From positions 129,337 to 193,336 of the forward strand of contig CAYSBJ010000003.1 of assembly GCA_964429275.1 (NCBI GenBank): a DNA stretch of 64,000 nt, read 5' to 3'. Position numbers and translations under genes: made by a program. This document shows, in pieces, positions 1 to 9,353 of this stretch (positions are counted from its first letter, which is position 1; the number at the start of each line of letters is the position of its first letter). The stretch is from an uncultured Pseudomonadota bacterium (GTDB lineage: Bacteria; Babelota; Babeliae; Babelales; JAUPTZ01). The notes under the pieces are model-generated. The model ran no database searches, was not told where the DNA came from, and saw nothing but the letters and a program-made list of their open reading frames with translations.

Positions 1-953
1 TTGACGTCTTTCAGCCCCTGCTCCTTACAGAGCGGGAGATTAATGCGGAAATACCGCTTAACATTCAGCACCTTGACTGGCACATGGGTGCCATTTTTGA
101 TTACGACATGGCGCGCCATAATGAAAGCGGCCTTGGCCAGTTTTTGCAGATTTGCCGAATAACTGAGCGCTGAACACTCCACACCGTCAAAAGAGCTAGC
201 AAACATAGTGACATGGTGTTGCGAGGCCAATTTTCCCAGGCCAGTGGCACAGCTGACTAGTCCATCATTTTCAAAATACATCATTGCATCATGGGTTGGG
301 AGTTTGCTCGCCACCATACTGAGGGCTTCGACAGTGTCATATATCGGCAGAATGGTAGCGCTCACGCCGTGTTCAGCAAAGGTTGCGGCCACTGCTTTGA
401 CCACTTTCTCATTATCATCTGGGCAGACCAGGTACGGTAGTAGCACTTTTTTGACTTGCGGTTTGGCGTGCAGCAGGAGGTCAGCGGCATTAAAGTTCTC
501 GTCAAAACCCTGGCTGGAGGCAATGCCGGTCACATACTTTTCCGGCTTATCAAGGGCGTTAATAATGCCGTAAGTGGTTGGGCTTGCGACACAGAAAAAG
601 ACGATTGGTTTGGTTGATTTTCGTTTGGCGGCTGCCTGAACCACGCATTGTGAGCAGGTAATGCAGGCTGCCAGAATGATGTCTGCCTTACTCTCAAGGG
701 CGGCGTTGCAGATGCTGCTGCAAGTGAGTGGGTCATTAACGGACGGAACGGCAAAGTCTTCCACGACAAACCGGTTGTCGGCAGCGATCTGTTTTTTTAG
801 TAGACCAACCACATGTTCATGAAAGGCGACAGACGGGCAGTAGACAATCCCAATTTTGAAGATGCGGGTTGGTCGTGTTTTGTAATAATAGATGCCACCT
901 GCGGCGAGGAGCAGACAGGTGAAGGCGAGAATGATTTTGAGGTTTTTGTTCAT
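1..953 (-). CDS. ABC transporter substrate-binding protein paralog (ABC_sub_bind / PF04392-like); C-terminus cut by window edge
   Basis: Absent from the ORF track because its stop lies beyond position 1. Manual translation from the ATG at 953 gives MNKNLKIILAFTCLLLAAGGIYYY...GLGKLASQHHVTMFASS...RYFRINLPLCKEQGLKDV. The frame is open to the edge and colinear with the 1080..2141 paralog. An N-terminal TM or signal segment is present. Confidence 0.7.
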   Translation of the reverse strand, partial: MNKNLKIILAFTCLLLAAGGIYYYKTRPTRIFKIGIVYCPSVAFHEHVVGLLKKQIAADNRFVVEDFAVPSVNDPLTCSSICNAALESKADIILAACITCSQCVVQAAAKRKSTKPIVFFCVASPTTYGIINALDKPEKYVTGIASSQGFDENFNAADLLLHAKPQVKKVLLPYLVCPDDNEKVVKAVAATFAEHGVSATILPIYDTVEALSMVASKLPTHDAMMYFENDGLVSCATGLGKLASQHHVTMFASSFDGVECSALSYSANLQKLAKAAFIMARHVVIKNGTHVPVKVLNVKRYFRINLPLCKEQGLKDV

Positions 954-976
954 AGTATTTCCTTTCAATAATTCTT

Positions 977-1054
977 GGATTGCCGCGCTTCGCTCGCAAC
1001 CGCCTTCGTTACTAGGGCCTGTCACGCCTGGGCACCTTTGGTGCGGCGGCGGAT
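977..1054. repeat. Palindromic repeat family copy (reverse orientation: arm GGATTGCCGCGCTTCGCTCGCAA plus CCGCC...GGCGGCGGAT module)
   Basis: This is the reverse complement of the module seen at 34836..34913 and 36428..36516 (CATCCGCCGCCGC...AAGGCG.GACA...CGAAGGCGGTTGCGAGCGAAGCGCGGCAATCC). It lies between two SBP paralogs. Confidence 0.7.
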
Positions 1055-1079
1055 CGCAGCTAGCGCTGTTTATTCACTT

Positions 1080-2141
1080 CTAAACAACCACACCGTCAAC
1101 AATAATGTGGTCATGAACCGCCGCAAAGCGTTCATCGCTTCTTATTCTTTGTACTACTGCTGGTATGTCTATATTGGCAAGATCTTGCTCCTGGCATAGT
1201 TTGGTGTTGATGATAAGATTGCGCGGCACTCTCTCTTGGCGTACTGGTATGTCGCCTGGCTTCTTTTTGTTAATCAAAATTTCTTTAGCTATTTCAAAGG
1301 CAATATCTGCTAGACAAGCTGGGTCGGCGGCGTAGCTGAGGGCGGAATCTTTAATGCCGTCGATTGAACCGGCAAGCATAGTTACGTTATGTTGAGAGGC
1401 TAGTTTTCCAAGGCCTGGTGCGTGGGGGCTGATCGCATCGCCCTCAAGGTATAAGAGAGCATTGTGGTTAGGTAGCAAACTAACAACTTTTGATAGGGTC
1501 TCTCCTAAGTGATTTATTGGGAGAAGTGTTATTTTTTGTCCAGAGTGTTTGCAGCTGCGTTGAAGTAATTTAGCCTGTGTATCGAGAGATTCGGCAACAA
1601 ATGTAGCGTAAGGGAGGAGTATAGTATTCACCTTTTGCTTTATTGAGCCTAATAGGTCGGCTGGACTGAAATCGTTTGCGAATGGTGAATTTGATTCTAT
1701 CCCAGTGGCATAACCTTCCGGTTTTTGAAGCGACTTAACAAGTTCGTGATTAATGACATCGGTGACTCCCATGAAAATAATGGGCTTAGTCGATTCCCGT
1801 TTTATTGCTGTGACAATAGCACTTTTCGAGCAATGAAGCCCCGTTGTTATAATTAAGTCAACGTCACTACTAATCGCTTCGTTACATGCAGAGTTAATCA
1901 TATTTAGGTCAAAAAAACCGCCAGCAGCCGTAAATTCTTTTATGATAAATCGTTTATCATGGCGTATTGTATCAATAAGTCGCGCGTTGACATATTCCGG
2001 AAAGGCACGAGTTGGTATGTACACGAGTCCTATGGTATATCGGCGGGGCTTAGAAATTTTTGAAATAGCGATGTAAGCAGTAGCCAAGAAGGTCAGGAGA
2101 AGAAGGAGTGTGAGAGAATATGTAGATTTCTGATGATGCAT
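1080..2141 (-). CDS. ABC transporter substrate-binding protein (ABC_sub_bind / PF04392-like)
   Basis: 353-aa ORF with an N-terminal TM segment (LTLLLLLTFLATAYIAI). The layout matches PF04392: DLIITTG..PIIFMGVTD..LVKSL..P.G.ATG ... ALSYAADP...KPGDIPV...NLIINTK. Confidence 0.8.
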   Translation of the reverse strand: MHHQKSTYSLTLLLLLTFLATAYIAISKISKPRRYTIGLVYIPTRAFPEYVNARLIDTIRHDKRFIIKEFTAAGGFFDLNMINSACNEAISSDVDLIITTGLHCSKSAIVTAIKRESTKPIIFMGVTDVINHELVKSLQKPEGYATGIESNSPFANDFSPADLLGSIKQKVNTILLPYATFVAESLDTQAKLLQRSCKHSGQKITLLPINHLGETLSKVVSLLPNHNALLYLEGDAISPHAPGLGKLASQHNVTMLAGSIDGIKDSALSYAADPACLADIAFEIAKEILINKKKPGDIPVRQERVPRNLIINTKLCQEQDLANIDIPAVVQRIRSDERFAAVHDHIIVDGVVV

Positions 2142-2229
2142 GGTGTATGCCTTTGTCTAACGTTACGGGGGAGTTCGTACGCCTGGAGTTGGGGAATTCC
2201 AAGCGTACGAACCATGTATGAAAATGGAT

Positions 2230-3204
2230 TTAGTTATCTTGCGATGATGATGTCCACAGCCTTATCGTAGCTGAGATTCCTTTCGATTTACAAATGCGCT
2301 CTAGTGATTCAACCGAGTAGCCAATTCTTCGCATCATATCAACGTTGATAATGAATTCCCGGTTATTCGGTACCATTTTAATTGGTATTTTTCCTAGCGG
2401 CATCTGCTCTTTTCGTGCAGTTTCTAGCTGTTGGTAAACTGCGGAACTTAGAGGGTTCAGATCGCCGCTATAAGTAATAGCTGCGCCACATGCCATGCTT
2501 GAGCTGGAACAACCAATTTGGGTGATACACTCTTCCCAGGCGATATATGCAATTGGTTTTTGTGCAACGCTACTAAAACAGCCGTCAAGAAGCAGAAAGC
2601 AAGAAACTTTTTTACGGTATTTTTCTACAAGCTCCATTAGCTGATCATAGTTACGCCCAATTGGTTCTATAAAAACTTCCATGCCTATGGCCGAGAGCTT
2701 TTGCTGCAGCTCTTTAGCCTGTATTTCTAAAATATTACTTTTGTACTCTGATAAATACGGAATAAATATGCTGGTTACATCCGGATAAAGAGCGCTAATT
2801 CCATTTACTAGATCTTCTGTTGAGCTTGGTTCAAAAGTAGCACCTGTAATGTTTTCTCCAGGATTTTCCAACGAATTAATAATCTCTTCCCCTACTGGGT
2901 CGAGTACGCCAGAGAAAAGGAGGGGGAAGTTATTGTGTTGCTTTGTAACTTCACTGGCGTACGCAGTGCATGTTAAGCCTATACTATAGACAACATCTAC
3001 CTCTTTTCGAGCAATCATTTTGTTTACACAACTTTTAATTTCATCTTCATTCATTGATGAAACACTGTAGATAGGCGTGTTGTAAACCCCTTGTAGCCCG
3101 TTTGAAACTTGATTGAGGAATTGATTTACTGCTGATATGTGGTACGGACGACCATGTACCATCAGTATGCCGATGCGGCATTTATCTTTTGGAATTAGCT
3201 TCAT
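2230..3204 (-). CDS. ABC_sub_bind-like periplasmic-binding-fold paralog with no obvious signal peptide
   Basis: 324-aa ORF colinear with the neighbouring paralogs (VDVVYSIGLTCT...FPLLFSGVLDPVGEEIINSL..PGENITG...ITYSGDLNP...IPIKMVPNNREFIINVDM). The N-terminus MKLIPKDKCRIGILMVHG lacks a hydrophobic leader. Confidence 0.7.
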   Translation of the reverse strand: MKLIPKDKCRIGILMVHGRPYHISAVNQFLNQVSNGLQGVYNTPIYSVSSMNEDEIKSCVNKMIARKEVDVVYSIGLTCTAYASEVTKQHNNFPLLFSGVLDPVGEEIINSLENPGENITGATFEPSSTEDLVNGISALYPDVTSIFIPYLSEYKSNILEIQAKELQQKLSAIGMEVFIEPIGRNYDQLMELVEKYRKKVSCFLLLDGCFSSVAQKPIAYIAWEECITQIGCSSSSMACGAAITYSGDLNPLSSAVYQQLETARKEQMPLGKIPIKMVPNNREFIINVDMMRRIGYSVESLERICKSKGISATIRLWTSSSQDN

Positions 3205-3236
3205 TGCTGTCCCTTTTTTTGTACGACTGTGTAACG

Positions 3237-4361
3237 TTAACTTAGTTTAATGGCACTGCTATCATCAGCGGCTTTCATGCGCAGGAGGGCGCGCAGGAGT
3301 GCCGTGAGCTTTACCCCTTGGCGTTCCATCGCATCAAGGTTATAGCGCATACCATCTTGTGCCGGGATTTGAAACGAAGGAACCACCTCGTTGCCAGCGT
3401 TCAAGAGCTCGTGGAGAAGCGGTACCATCGGATACACATAGGTATCCTCTGTTACGCCTGCGCCGATGCCGGCTCCTTCAAGTACTGAAGTTAACTCAGA
3501 GCTACAGAATAAGGTTTTGGTCTCTTCACAGAGCCTTTTTACCAGTTTGCGATGCTGGCCTACGGCAGGTTCATCAAGGGTGATGATAACCTGACAGCTC
3601 TTGAGTTGATTTTTAAGTTCACGTTCATACGCATCTTTAAAATCCCACAAATGAGTCACCACTTCGATACCAAGGTCGGACATCATTTTTTTGAGACGTC
3701 GATACTGGCCATCGAGTGATTTGTGCTGTTGTGGTTGATCTGATGGTGAATAGGCAATGCATACTTTCTTGATGTCGGGACAAATACCCCGCAAACCGTC
3801 GGCATATTCGGCAGCTGGCATTGGAGTGTTGTAGACCCCGGCAAGCCCCGGGCGCGGATTGAGAAAGACTCCATCCATGCCACCAGGTACGCAGAACAGT
3901 TGTGCTAATTTCAGATTCAACGCTCTGACCACATCATGTACCACTTCGGCTTCGGTATAACCGGGCGTGATGATAAACGAATAGCGCCCTCTATCAATAC
4001 CAGTTATTGCTGGATTTGATAGTAGAGCGCTTTGCATTACTATGTCGTCACCTTTTAGAACGATTGTGTCGATGTCGATTTGGGATCCGTGATAGACGGC
4101 CTCAAACTCCATGGCGAACTTTCGTTTTACGTTTACTGCGACTCGTCGATTTTCATCGGAGACTATCAACAACCCTCGGGCTTTGGTCCCCAGTGTGTGA
4201 AGACCAGTTTCGTGGTCTCCCTTAGAAAAAAGAGTCGATGGTTGTGTTACACATTGCAGTAGCTTTTTGAAAGCTCCTGTTCCTCTGTTGTTAAGCATAG
4301 TTAACCTCATATTTGGGGTAAATACCAAAGTCATCGCAGCTGATGTTAAAAGTACAGGCAT
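3237..4361 (-). CDS. Divergent ABC_sub_bind-like protein with an unrelated N-terminal half; start uncertain
   Basis: 374-aa ORF. The C-terminal half (IKKVCIAYSPSD...LFCSSELTSVLEGAGIGAGV...QIPAQDGMRYNLDAM) resembles the second lobe of the paralogs. The N-terminal roughly 190 aa have no recognisable match, and no signal peptide is evident. Confidence 0.5.
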   Translation of the reverse strand: MPVLLTSAAMTLVFTPNMRLTMLNNRGTGAFKKLLQCVTQPSTLFSKGDHETGLHTLGTKARGLLIVSDENRRVAVNVKRKFAMEFEAVYHGSQIDIDTIVLKGDDIVMQSALLSNPAITGIDRGRYSFIITPGYTEAEVVHDVVRALNLKLAQLFCVPGGMDGVFLNPRPGLAGVYNTPMPAAEYADGLRGICPDIKKVCIAYSPSDQPQQHKSLDGQYRRLKKMMSDLGIEVVTHLWDFKDAYERELKNQLKSCQVIITLDEPAVGQHRKLVKRLCEETKTLFCSSELTSVLEGAGIGAGVTEDTYVYPMVPLLHELLNAGNEVVPSFQIPAQDGMRYNLDAMERQGVKLTALLRALLRMKAADDSSAIKLS

Positions 4362-4710
4362 AACGGCTACGATGACCTATAACTAAAACACCCTCTACAG
4401 TAGGTCCCAAGATCACGGAAGTTTGTAACATGCTGTAAAGGATAGAAGAATTATGCTCCTGTTTCAGAAAAAAGCAAGTGGAAAAAAGTTGGTGCAGTAG
4501 TGAGAATTTGTTTTTTGGTGATAGAGAAATATGCTGGTGTTTCGATCGTGGCTCTGAGAGGAGGAATTGGCGCGTGCCGGGCCACCCTGGTTCGGGCTCT
4601 CGCAGGTATAAAATTAGATCTTACTTTGAGCGCCACAAGCAGAGGTAGCGGTACAAGGGATGCCCGCCACGCGACTTTGAAAGCGCAAGAGTTAAAGTTT
4701 TTGCTACGGG

Positions 4711-4754
4711 TGAAATGAGAAAAGAGGCTGGTGCAATTACTCACACCAGCCTCT
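4711..4754 (-). terminator. Rho-independent terminator downstream of topA
   Basis: Hairpin AGAGGCTGGTG / CACCAGCCTCT (4723..4733 and 4744..4754). On the minus strand it is followed by TTTCTCATTT. Confidence 0.6.
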
Positions 4755-4776
4755 TCTAGACTAAAACCCCGGAGGG

Positions 4777-7038
4777 CTATTCTTTAACAACATTCCCACA
4801 TTCTTTGTCAGGGCACGATAGCGTCTCAACGCCATCCTTTCCTTTGTTCACAATCATGTATGGCTGCGTACCACACTTTGAGCATGGGATCTCTTTAACA
4901 TCGTTAAACACGGCAAACTTACAGTTCGGGTAGCCGGTGCATCCCCAGAAGCTACCGCCACGCCAGGCGCGTTTGGCAATCTGGCTGCCGCATTTTGGGC
5001 AGGCCATTTTGAGTGTTTCTTGATGAATATGCTTACAGGCTGGGTAGCCAGAGCAGGAGATGAATGGGCCATATTTGCCAATACGTTTGACCATTTCTTT
5101 GCTACATTTTGGGCATTTAAGACCGGTGGTCTCTGGTTGTACTGGTTCGTTAGCTGTCAACATAATATTTCCTTGTTCGTCCCTCGTATAATTGCTCGTG
5201 AATGTGCAGTCGGGAAAACCCTCACATCCCACAAACTCGCCACTTCGTCCGAAGCGAATGTAGAGTGCTTTTCCACACTCCGGTTCTGGACAGGTGAGTT
5301 CGGTTTTCTGTGCTTCTTTTTTTCCGGGAGCGCCGCCAAATGCTTCAAGGTCTTTGCTGAATTTCTTGTAGAACTCTAGCAGTACCTTGTCGCGTTCAAT
5401 GGAACCCTCGGCGATTTTATCAAGCGACTGTTCCATGTTCGCGGTAAAGTCGACGTTAATAATATCGGGGAGATGGTGGGTGAGGAGTTTGTTCACCGAG
5501 CGCCCAAGTTCTGAGGGTGAAAACCGCTTGTTATCAACTGTGACGTAATTTCGTTTGATCAAGGTTGAAAGAATGGCGGCATATGTACTTGGACGACCAA
5601 TGTCTTTTTCTTTTAATTCTTTTACCAACGTTGCCTGTGTGTAACGTGCTGGTGGTTTGGTAAAGTGCTGTTTGCCTTCTCCTTTGTTCAGGTTGACTGC
5701 TTTACCGTCGGCAACTGATTTTGGAATGGTGGCTGATTTTTCCTCTTCATCTTCTTCTGCTAAGTAGACGTTCAAGAAGCCGTCGAACATAAGCGTAGAG
5801 CCGGTGGTACGAAATTCGTAGTCGCCGCCTTCAATTTGAACAGTACGTTGAAAAAATTCCGCTGCTTCCATCTGGCTCGCGACAAATCGCTTCCAAATAA
5901 GTTCGTATAACTTTGCTTGCTCGGTGCTCAAGTACGGGCCAACTTTGTCCGGGGTGTGGTTTACATCAATCGGACGAATAGCTTCGTGGGCGTCTTGGGA
6001 AGCCCCTTTCGCTTCGAATTGTCGCTCTTTGCTCGGGAGGTATTTACTGCCAAATGTATTTTTAATGTAACCCCGTACGTCAACCATCGCGGTTTCAGAA
6101 ATACGAAGAGAGTCGGTACGCATATAGGTGATAAGCGCTTCTGGATTGTCTTTATCGCGAAGGGGTAAACCTTCGTAGAGCTTTTGCGCTATTTGCATAG
6201 TGCGGTCAACCGAAAAACCAAGTTTATTAAATGCGTCTTGCTGAAGCGAGCTGGTCATAAACGGTGGCGCCGGTTGTTTCAGGCGCTTTTTGTCGGTGAC
6301 TTTGCTGATGGTATACGATGTTCCTTGCAGCTTGGCGATGATGGCATCGGCCCCTTCTTTGGTCGTAAGGTCCGGTTTTTTGCCTTTAATACGGGCAAGT
6401 TCTGCTTCGAATGTTTCACCGTCAATTACGAAAATACCGTGAATCGACCAGTATTCTTCTACTTTAAAGGCAACAATTTCATCTTCTCGCAAGCAGACCA
6501 GCATCAGGCCAACTGATTGCACGCGGCCAGCGGAGAGCCCCTTGGTAATTTTTTTCCATAAGATAGGGGATACCTCATAGCCTACCCAACGGTCAAGAAC
6601 CCGGCGGGCTTGTTGTGCATGCACTTTGTTTTCATCAATACTACGTTTGTCGGCAATAGCCTTTTCAACCGCGGGCTTGGTGATTTCGTTAAACGTTATA
6701 CGGTGAATAAGGCCTTTTTTGAGAACTTTTTCAATTTCTTGGCCGATGTGCCACGAAATGATTTCTCCTTCACGGTCAGGGTCAGAGGCCAAAAAGACTT
6801 CGTCGCAGGTGCGTGCTTGCTTGCAGATTTGGGAAATCGTATCGGCTTTATCTTCTAGCGGAACGTATTCGAGGTCAATATGGTTTTCCGGGGTTATGGT
6901 AACGCCAAGTTTATGTGGTGGCAAATCTTTGACATGGCCAAAGGTGGACATGATTTTGAATTCCTTGCCCAAAAACTTTCCAATCGTCTTGATTTTGGCA
7001 GGCGATTCAACAATAAGGAGTTTTGGCATGTATGGCAC
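4777..7038 (-). CDS. topA: DNA topoisomerase I
   Basis: 753 aa. It has an N-terminal TOPRIM (LLIVESPAKIKTIGKFLG), the active-site motif ITYMRTDS, and four C-terminal CxxC...CxxC zinc ribbons. Confidence 0.95.
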   Translation of the reverse strand: MPYMPKLLIVESPAKIKTIGKFLGKEFKIMSTFGHVKDLPPHKLGVTITPENHIDLEYVPLEDKADTISQICKQARTCDEVFLASDPDREGEIISWHIGQEIEKVLKKGLIHRITFNEITKPAVEKAIADKRSIDENKVHAQQARRVLDRWVGYEVSPILWKKITKGLSAGRVQSVGLMLVCLREDEIVAFKVEEYWSIHGIFVIDGETFEAELARIKGKKPDLTTKEGADAIIAKLQGTSYTISKVTDKKRLKQPAPPFMTSSLQQDAFNKLGFSVDRTMQIAQKLYEGLPLRDKDNPEALITYMRTDSLRISETAMVDVRGYIKNTFGSKYLPSKERQFEAKGASQDAHEAIRPIDVNHTPDKVGPYLSTEQAKLYELIWKRFVASQMEAAEFFQRTVQIEGGDYEFRTTGSTLMFDGFLNVYLAEEDEEEKSATIPKSVADGKAVNLNKGEGKQHFTKPPARYTQATLVKELKEKDIGRPSTYAAILSTLIKRNYVTVDNKRFSPSELGRSVNKLLTHHLPDIINVDFTANMEQSLDKIAEGSIERDKVLLEFYKKFSKDLEAFGGAPGKKEAQKTELTCPEPECGKALYIRFGRSGEFVGCEGFPDCTFTSNYTRDEQGNIMLTANEPVQPETTGLKCPKCSKEMVKRIGKYGPFISCSGYPACKHIHQETLKMACPKCGSQIAKRAWRGGSFWGCTGYPNCKFAVFNDVKEIPCSKCGTQPYMIVNKGKDGVETLSCPDKECGNVVKE

Positions 7039-7247
7039 CTAAGTAAAATAATAAAACAGGTTAGGTATTTTTTTACCATCTCTTGCAGGTTTGTCAACTT
7101 TGTACTGATTTTTATAGCGAAATGTTAGGTGCTTTTGCTATCTAGATACTAACGTATCTAAGTAAATTACATTAAATTGCGTGTGACGGAGCGGATACGA
7201 GATTATTTGCTGCTTTGTCAGCCATACATGAGAAAGGTTATCCAACT

Positions 7248-9347
7248 ATGTTCTACCTACGAGGCTTGTTAATCAGGTGTTTAGTCTTGGTTGGCTGTAT
7301 TTTTGTTTCTCTTCAGGCGGGCTTTGTCGAAAAAACCATTTCGGTAGTAGTTCAACAAGCACCAGTCGCTAATGCATCGGGAGTCTCTGCAGCGCGAGCT
7401 CCTTCTACTAAAACGATCACAGTAGGTGAGCTTTCTCTTTTTTCTCTTCGCCGTACTTCATTTTTGCTGTCGGGGTCGCAAGCTCCTGCTGCATTTATTG
7501 CACCTTATTATTATGCTACTACCGTTACTTACTATAATCAGGATGGAACTCAGTTTAAAATTGATGGAAAGCCGCTTACGGCAATTGCCTTTCTCGCGAT
7601 TGCTTATAAGGATGGGGCGTGGATGGACGTCAGTGGAGTACCGATAGACGGTAATGGGGTGCGCCGATTTCCATTCGGTATTGCTGCTAAATTTTCTGAT
7701 GATGCGGGGAAGATACCTTGGATGCAAGCCCTTTTTGGACCAATTCAATTGGATGCTTCTATGACTACTGCTTGTATGTTCGGGACGACTATTAAGCAAA
7801 CGGCCTTCTTGCCTGGAGATTCAGGAATATTTGCTAGGCTAGCTCGCATTTACCCGTTATCCGCTTTTGATTTGGAGATTTTAACAAGACCAGCCTTATT
7901 TTTTACACCCGAGGGAAGGTTGCTTGAGTCGATATGTACCGTGCCAGGAGATTTTTCTGAAGATCCTATTCCCGCAGACTTAGAGGTTTTGTCCTGGGGA
8001 AAAAATACTCTTCCGTCACTTAACGTTGATCTTGATTCTTCTTCCTCTTCTTCTACAGTTGAACTCCAAATTGCTATTCAGAGTGGGGATCCTAAGCCTT
8101 CGTATGTAAAATATAACATCCCCAAGGCTTCGGTGTATCAGGTGATGAAGCCATTTCCGTTTACGACTCCTGCTGGGAAAGTCAGTACAGTACGACAGTA
8201 TTATGCAAGCACCTTGTCCAATAACCAGATTGCTGTTGGTCCAGACCGTGGGCTGCCGCCATTTCAGTCCATGACATCTTTTTTTTGTGATATGCAGTTG
8301 TTTGACTATTATCTCAAGCTACCGAATGAATCTCCGGAAAGGGGGGCTCTATTTGTTGCATTACAGCAAAATGGCCCTGGACAATTTATTACAGCCCCGG
8401 TTACGGGCTGGTCGGCTAAGTTGAGCGCTGATTCTTCACAAATTTTAATTCAAGGGCACCCTTTGCTAAAGAAAGAAGGGCTTGCGCAGATGTATGTCTT
8501 GACTAGTTTAAAAGGCTCTCTTGCTGGCGGGTGCTCTTCTTTAAAGTGGAACCGGCCATTAATGGATTTTCAACAGTACTATTCCCTTTTGGGTAGTGAT
8601 GCAGCCGCAGACATTAGCAAAAAACAGAGCCTTTACCAGCAAATGCAGAGCCAGTATGTTGCAACGTGTGCAGTTGTAGCCGCAACAGAGCAATTTTTTG
8701 GCGGACAGGTTGCTTTTAATGTACGTTCACTCGATCAAATAGATACAATAACCCAAGGGCAAATCCAAGCAAATCCCCTATCGCTTGTGAGTTTTTGGGG
8801 AAATGCTCTCTATGGGAATGCGGGAGGTAAAATGCCCGCGGTGCTTCAAGATGGAAGCAAGACACCGGATGCACAAAAACAATGGGTCAACCCAGAAAAA
8901 ATGGGTGGCATGGTGCAAGTACGGTTTACAACAGTAAACCCTTCTATTGCGTATGATGGTGTGATGATTTTTCCTTCGTGGGTAGCTGCCGGTGGAGTAC
9001 CCTATTACCGTACTGATTTGATCTCTTCGGTTGCCCAGTTTTGGTTTATTCCTTCGGCTGGGATTGTTACTCAGCTTGCATTAACGTTTGATGCTACAAC
9101 AATTACCGGGGCAACAATTGCTACTGCGGATCAGGTCAAAAAACTTGCGGTTGGGACAAGTAATCCACTGAAAGCTTTTGCTGAGAAAGCAAATGATTTT
9201 TGGGGGTTAATCCCTTCGGCTGCTCCAGCTCAGGCAAAGAAGCAGGGGCTGAGTGATCTCCAGAAGACGCAGATAGGCTTAGGTGCTGGATTGGGTGTTG
9301 CGGGGCTTTTCGGTGCATACCAGATGTACAAGCGTTACCAAGATTAG
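7248..9347 (+). CDS. Hypothetical large exported or tail-anchored protein
   Basis: The long ORF runs 7215..9347, and the likely ATG is at 7248 (MFYLRGLLIRCLVLVGCIFVSLQAG, signal or TM). It contains a poly-Ser tract and a C-terminal hydrophobic segment, IGLGAGLGVAGLFGAYQMYKRYQD. I recognise no family. Confidence 0.55.
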   Translation: MFYLRGLLIRCLVLVGCIFVSLQAGFVEKTISVVVQQAPVANASGVSAARAPSTKTITVGELSLFSLRRTSFLLSGSQAPAAFIAPYYYATTVTYYNQDGTQFKIDGKPLTAIAFLAIAYKDGAWMDVSGVPIDGNGVRRFPFGIAAKFSDDAGKIPWMQALFGPIQLDASMTTACMFGTTIKQTAFLPGDSGIFARLARIYPLSAFDLEILTRPALFFTPEGRLLESICTVPGDFSEDPIPADLEVLSWGKNTLPSLNVDLDSSSSSSTVELQIAIQSGDPKPSYVKYNIPKASVYQVMKPFPFTTPAGKVSTVRQYYASTLSNNQIAVGPDRGLPPFQSMTSFFCDMQLFDYYLKLPNESPERGALFVALQQNGPGQFITAPVTGWSAKLSADSSQILIQGHPLLKKEGLAQMYVLTSLKGSLAGGCSSLKWNRPLMDFQQYYSLLGSDAAADISKKQSLYQQMQSQYVATCAVVAATEQFFGGQVAFNVRSLDQIDTITQGQIQANPLSLVSFWGNALYGNAGGKMPAVLQDGSKTPDAQKQWVNPEKMGGMVQVRFTTVNPSIAYDGVMIFPSWVAAGGVPYYRTDLISSVAQFWFIPSAGIVTQLALTFDATTITGATIATADQVKKLAVGTSNPLKAFAEKANDFWGLIPSAAPAQAKKQGLSDLQKTQIGLGAGLGVAGLFGAYQMYKRYQD

Positions 9348-9353
9348 TAAGGA

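Noticed and set aside
208-999. ORF-track entries 208..573 (+), 530..769 (-), 817..999 (-) and 892..1083 (+)
   Set aside because: All overlap the edge-truncated binding-protein gene (1..953, minus strand, different frame). That gene's translation is colinear with three neighbouring paralogs.
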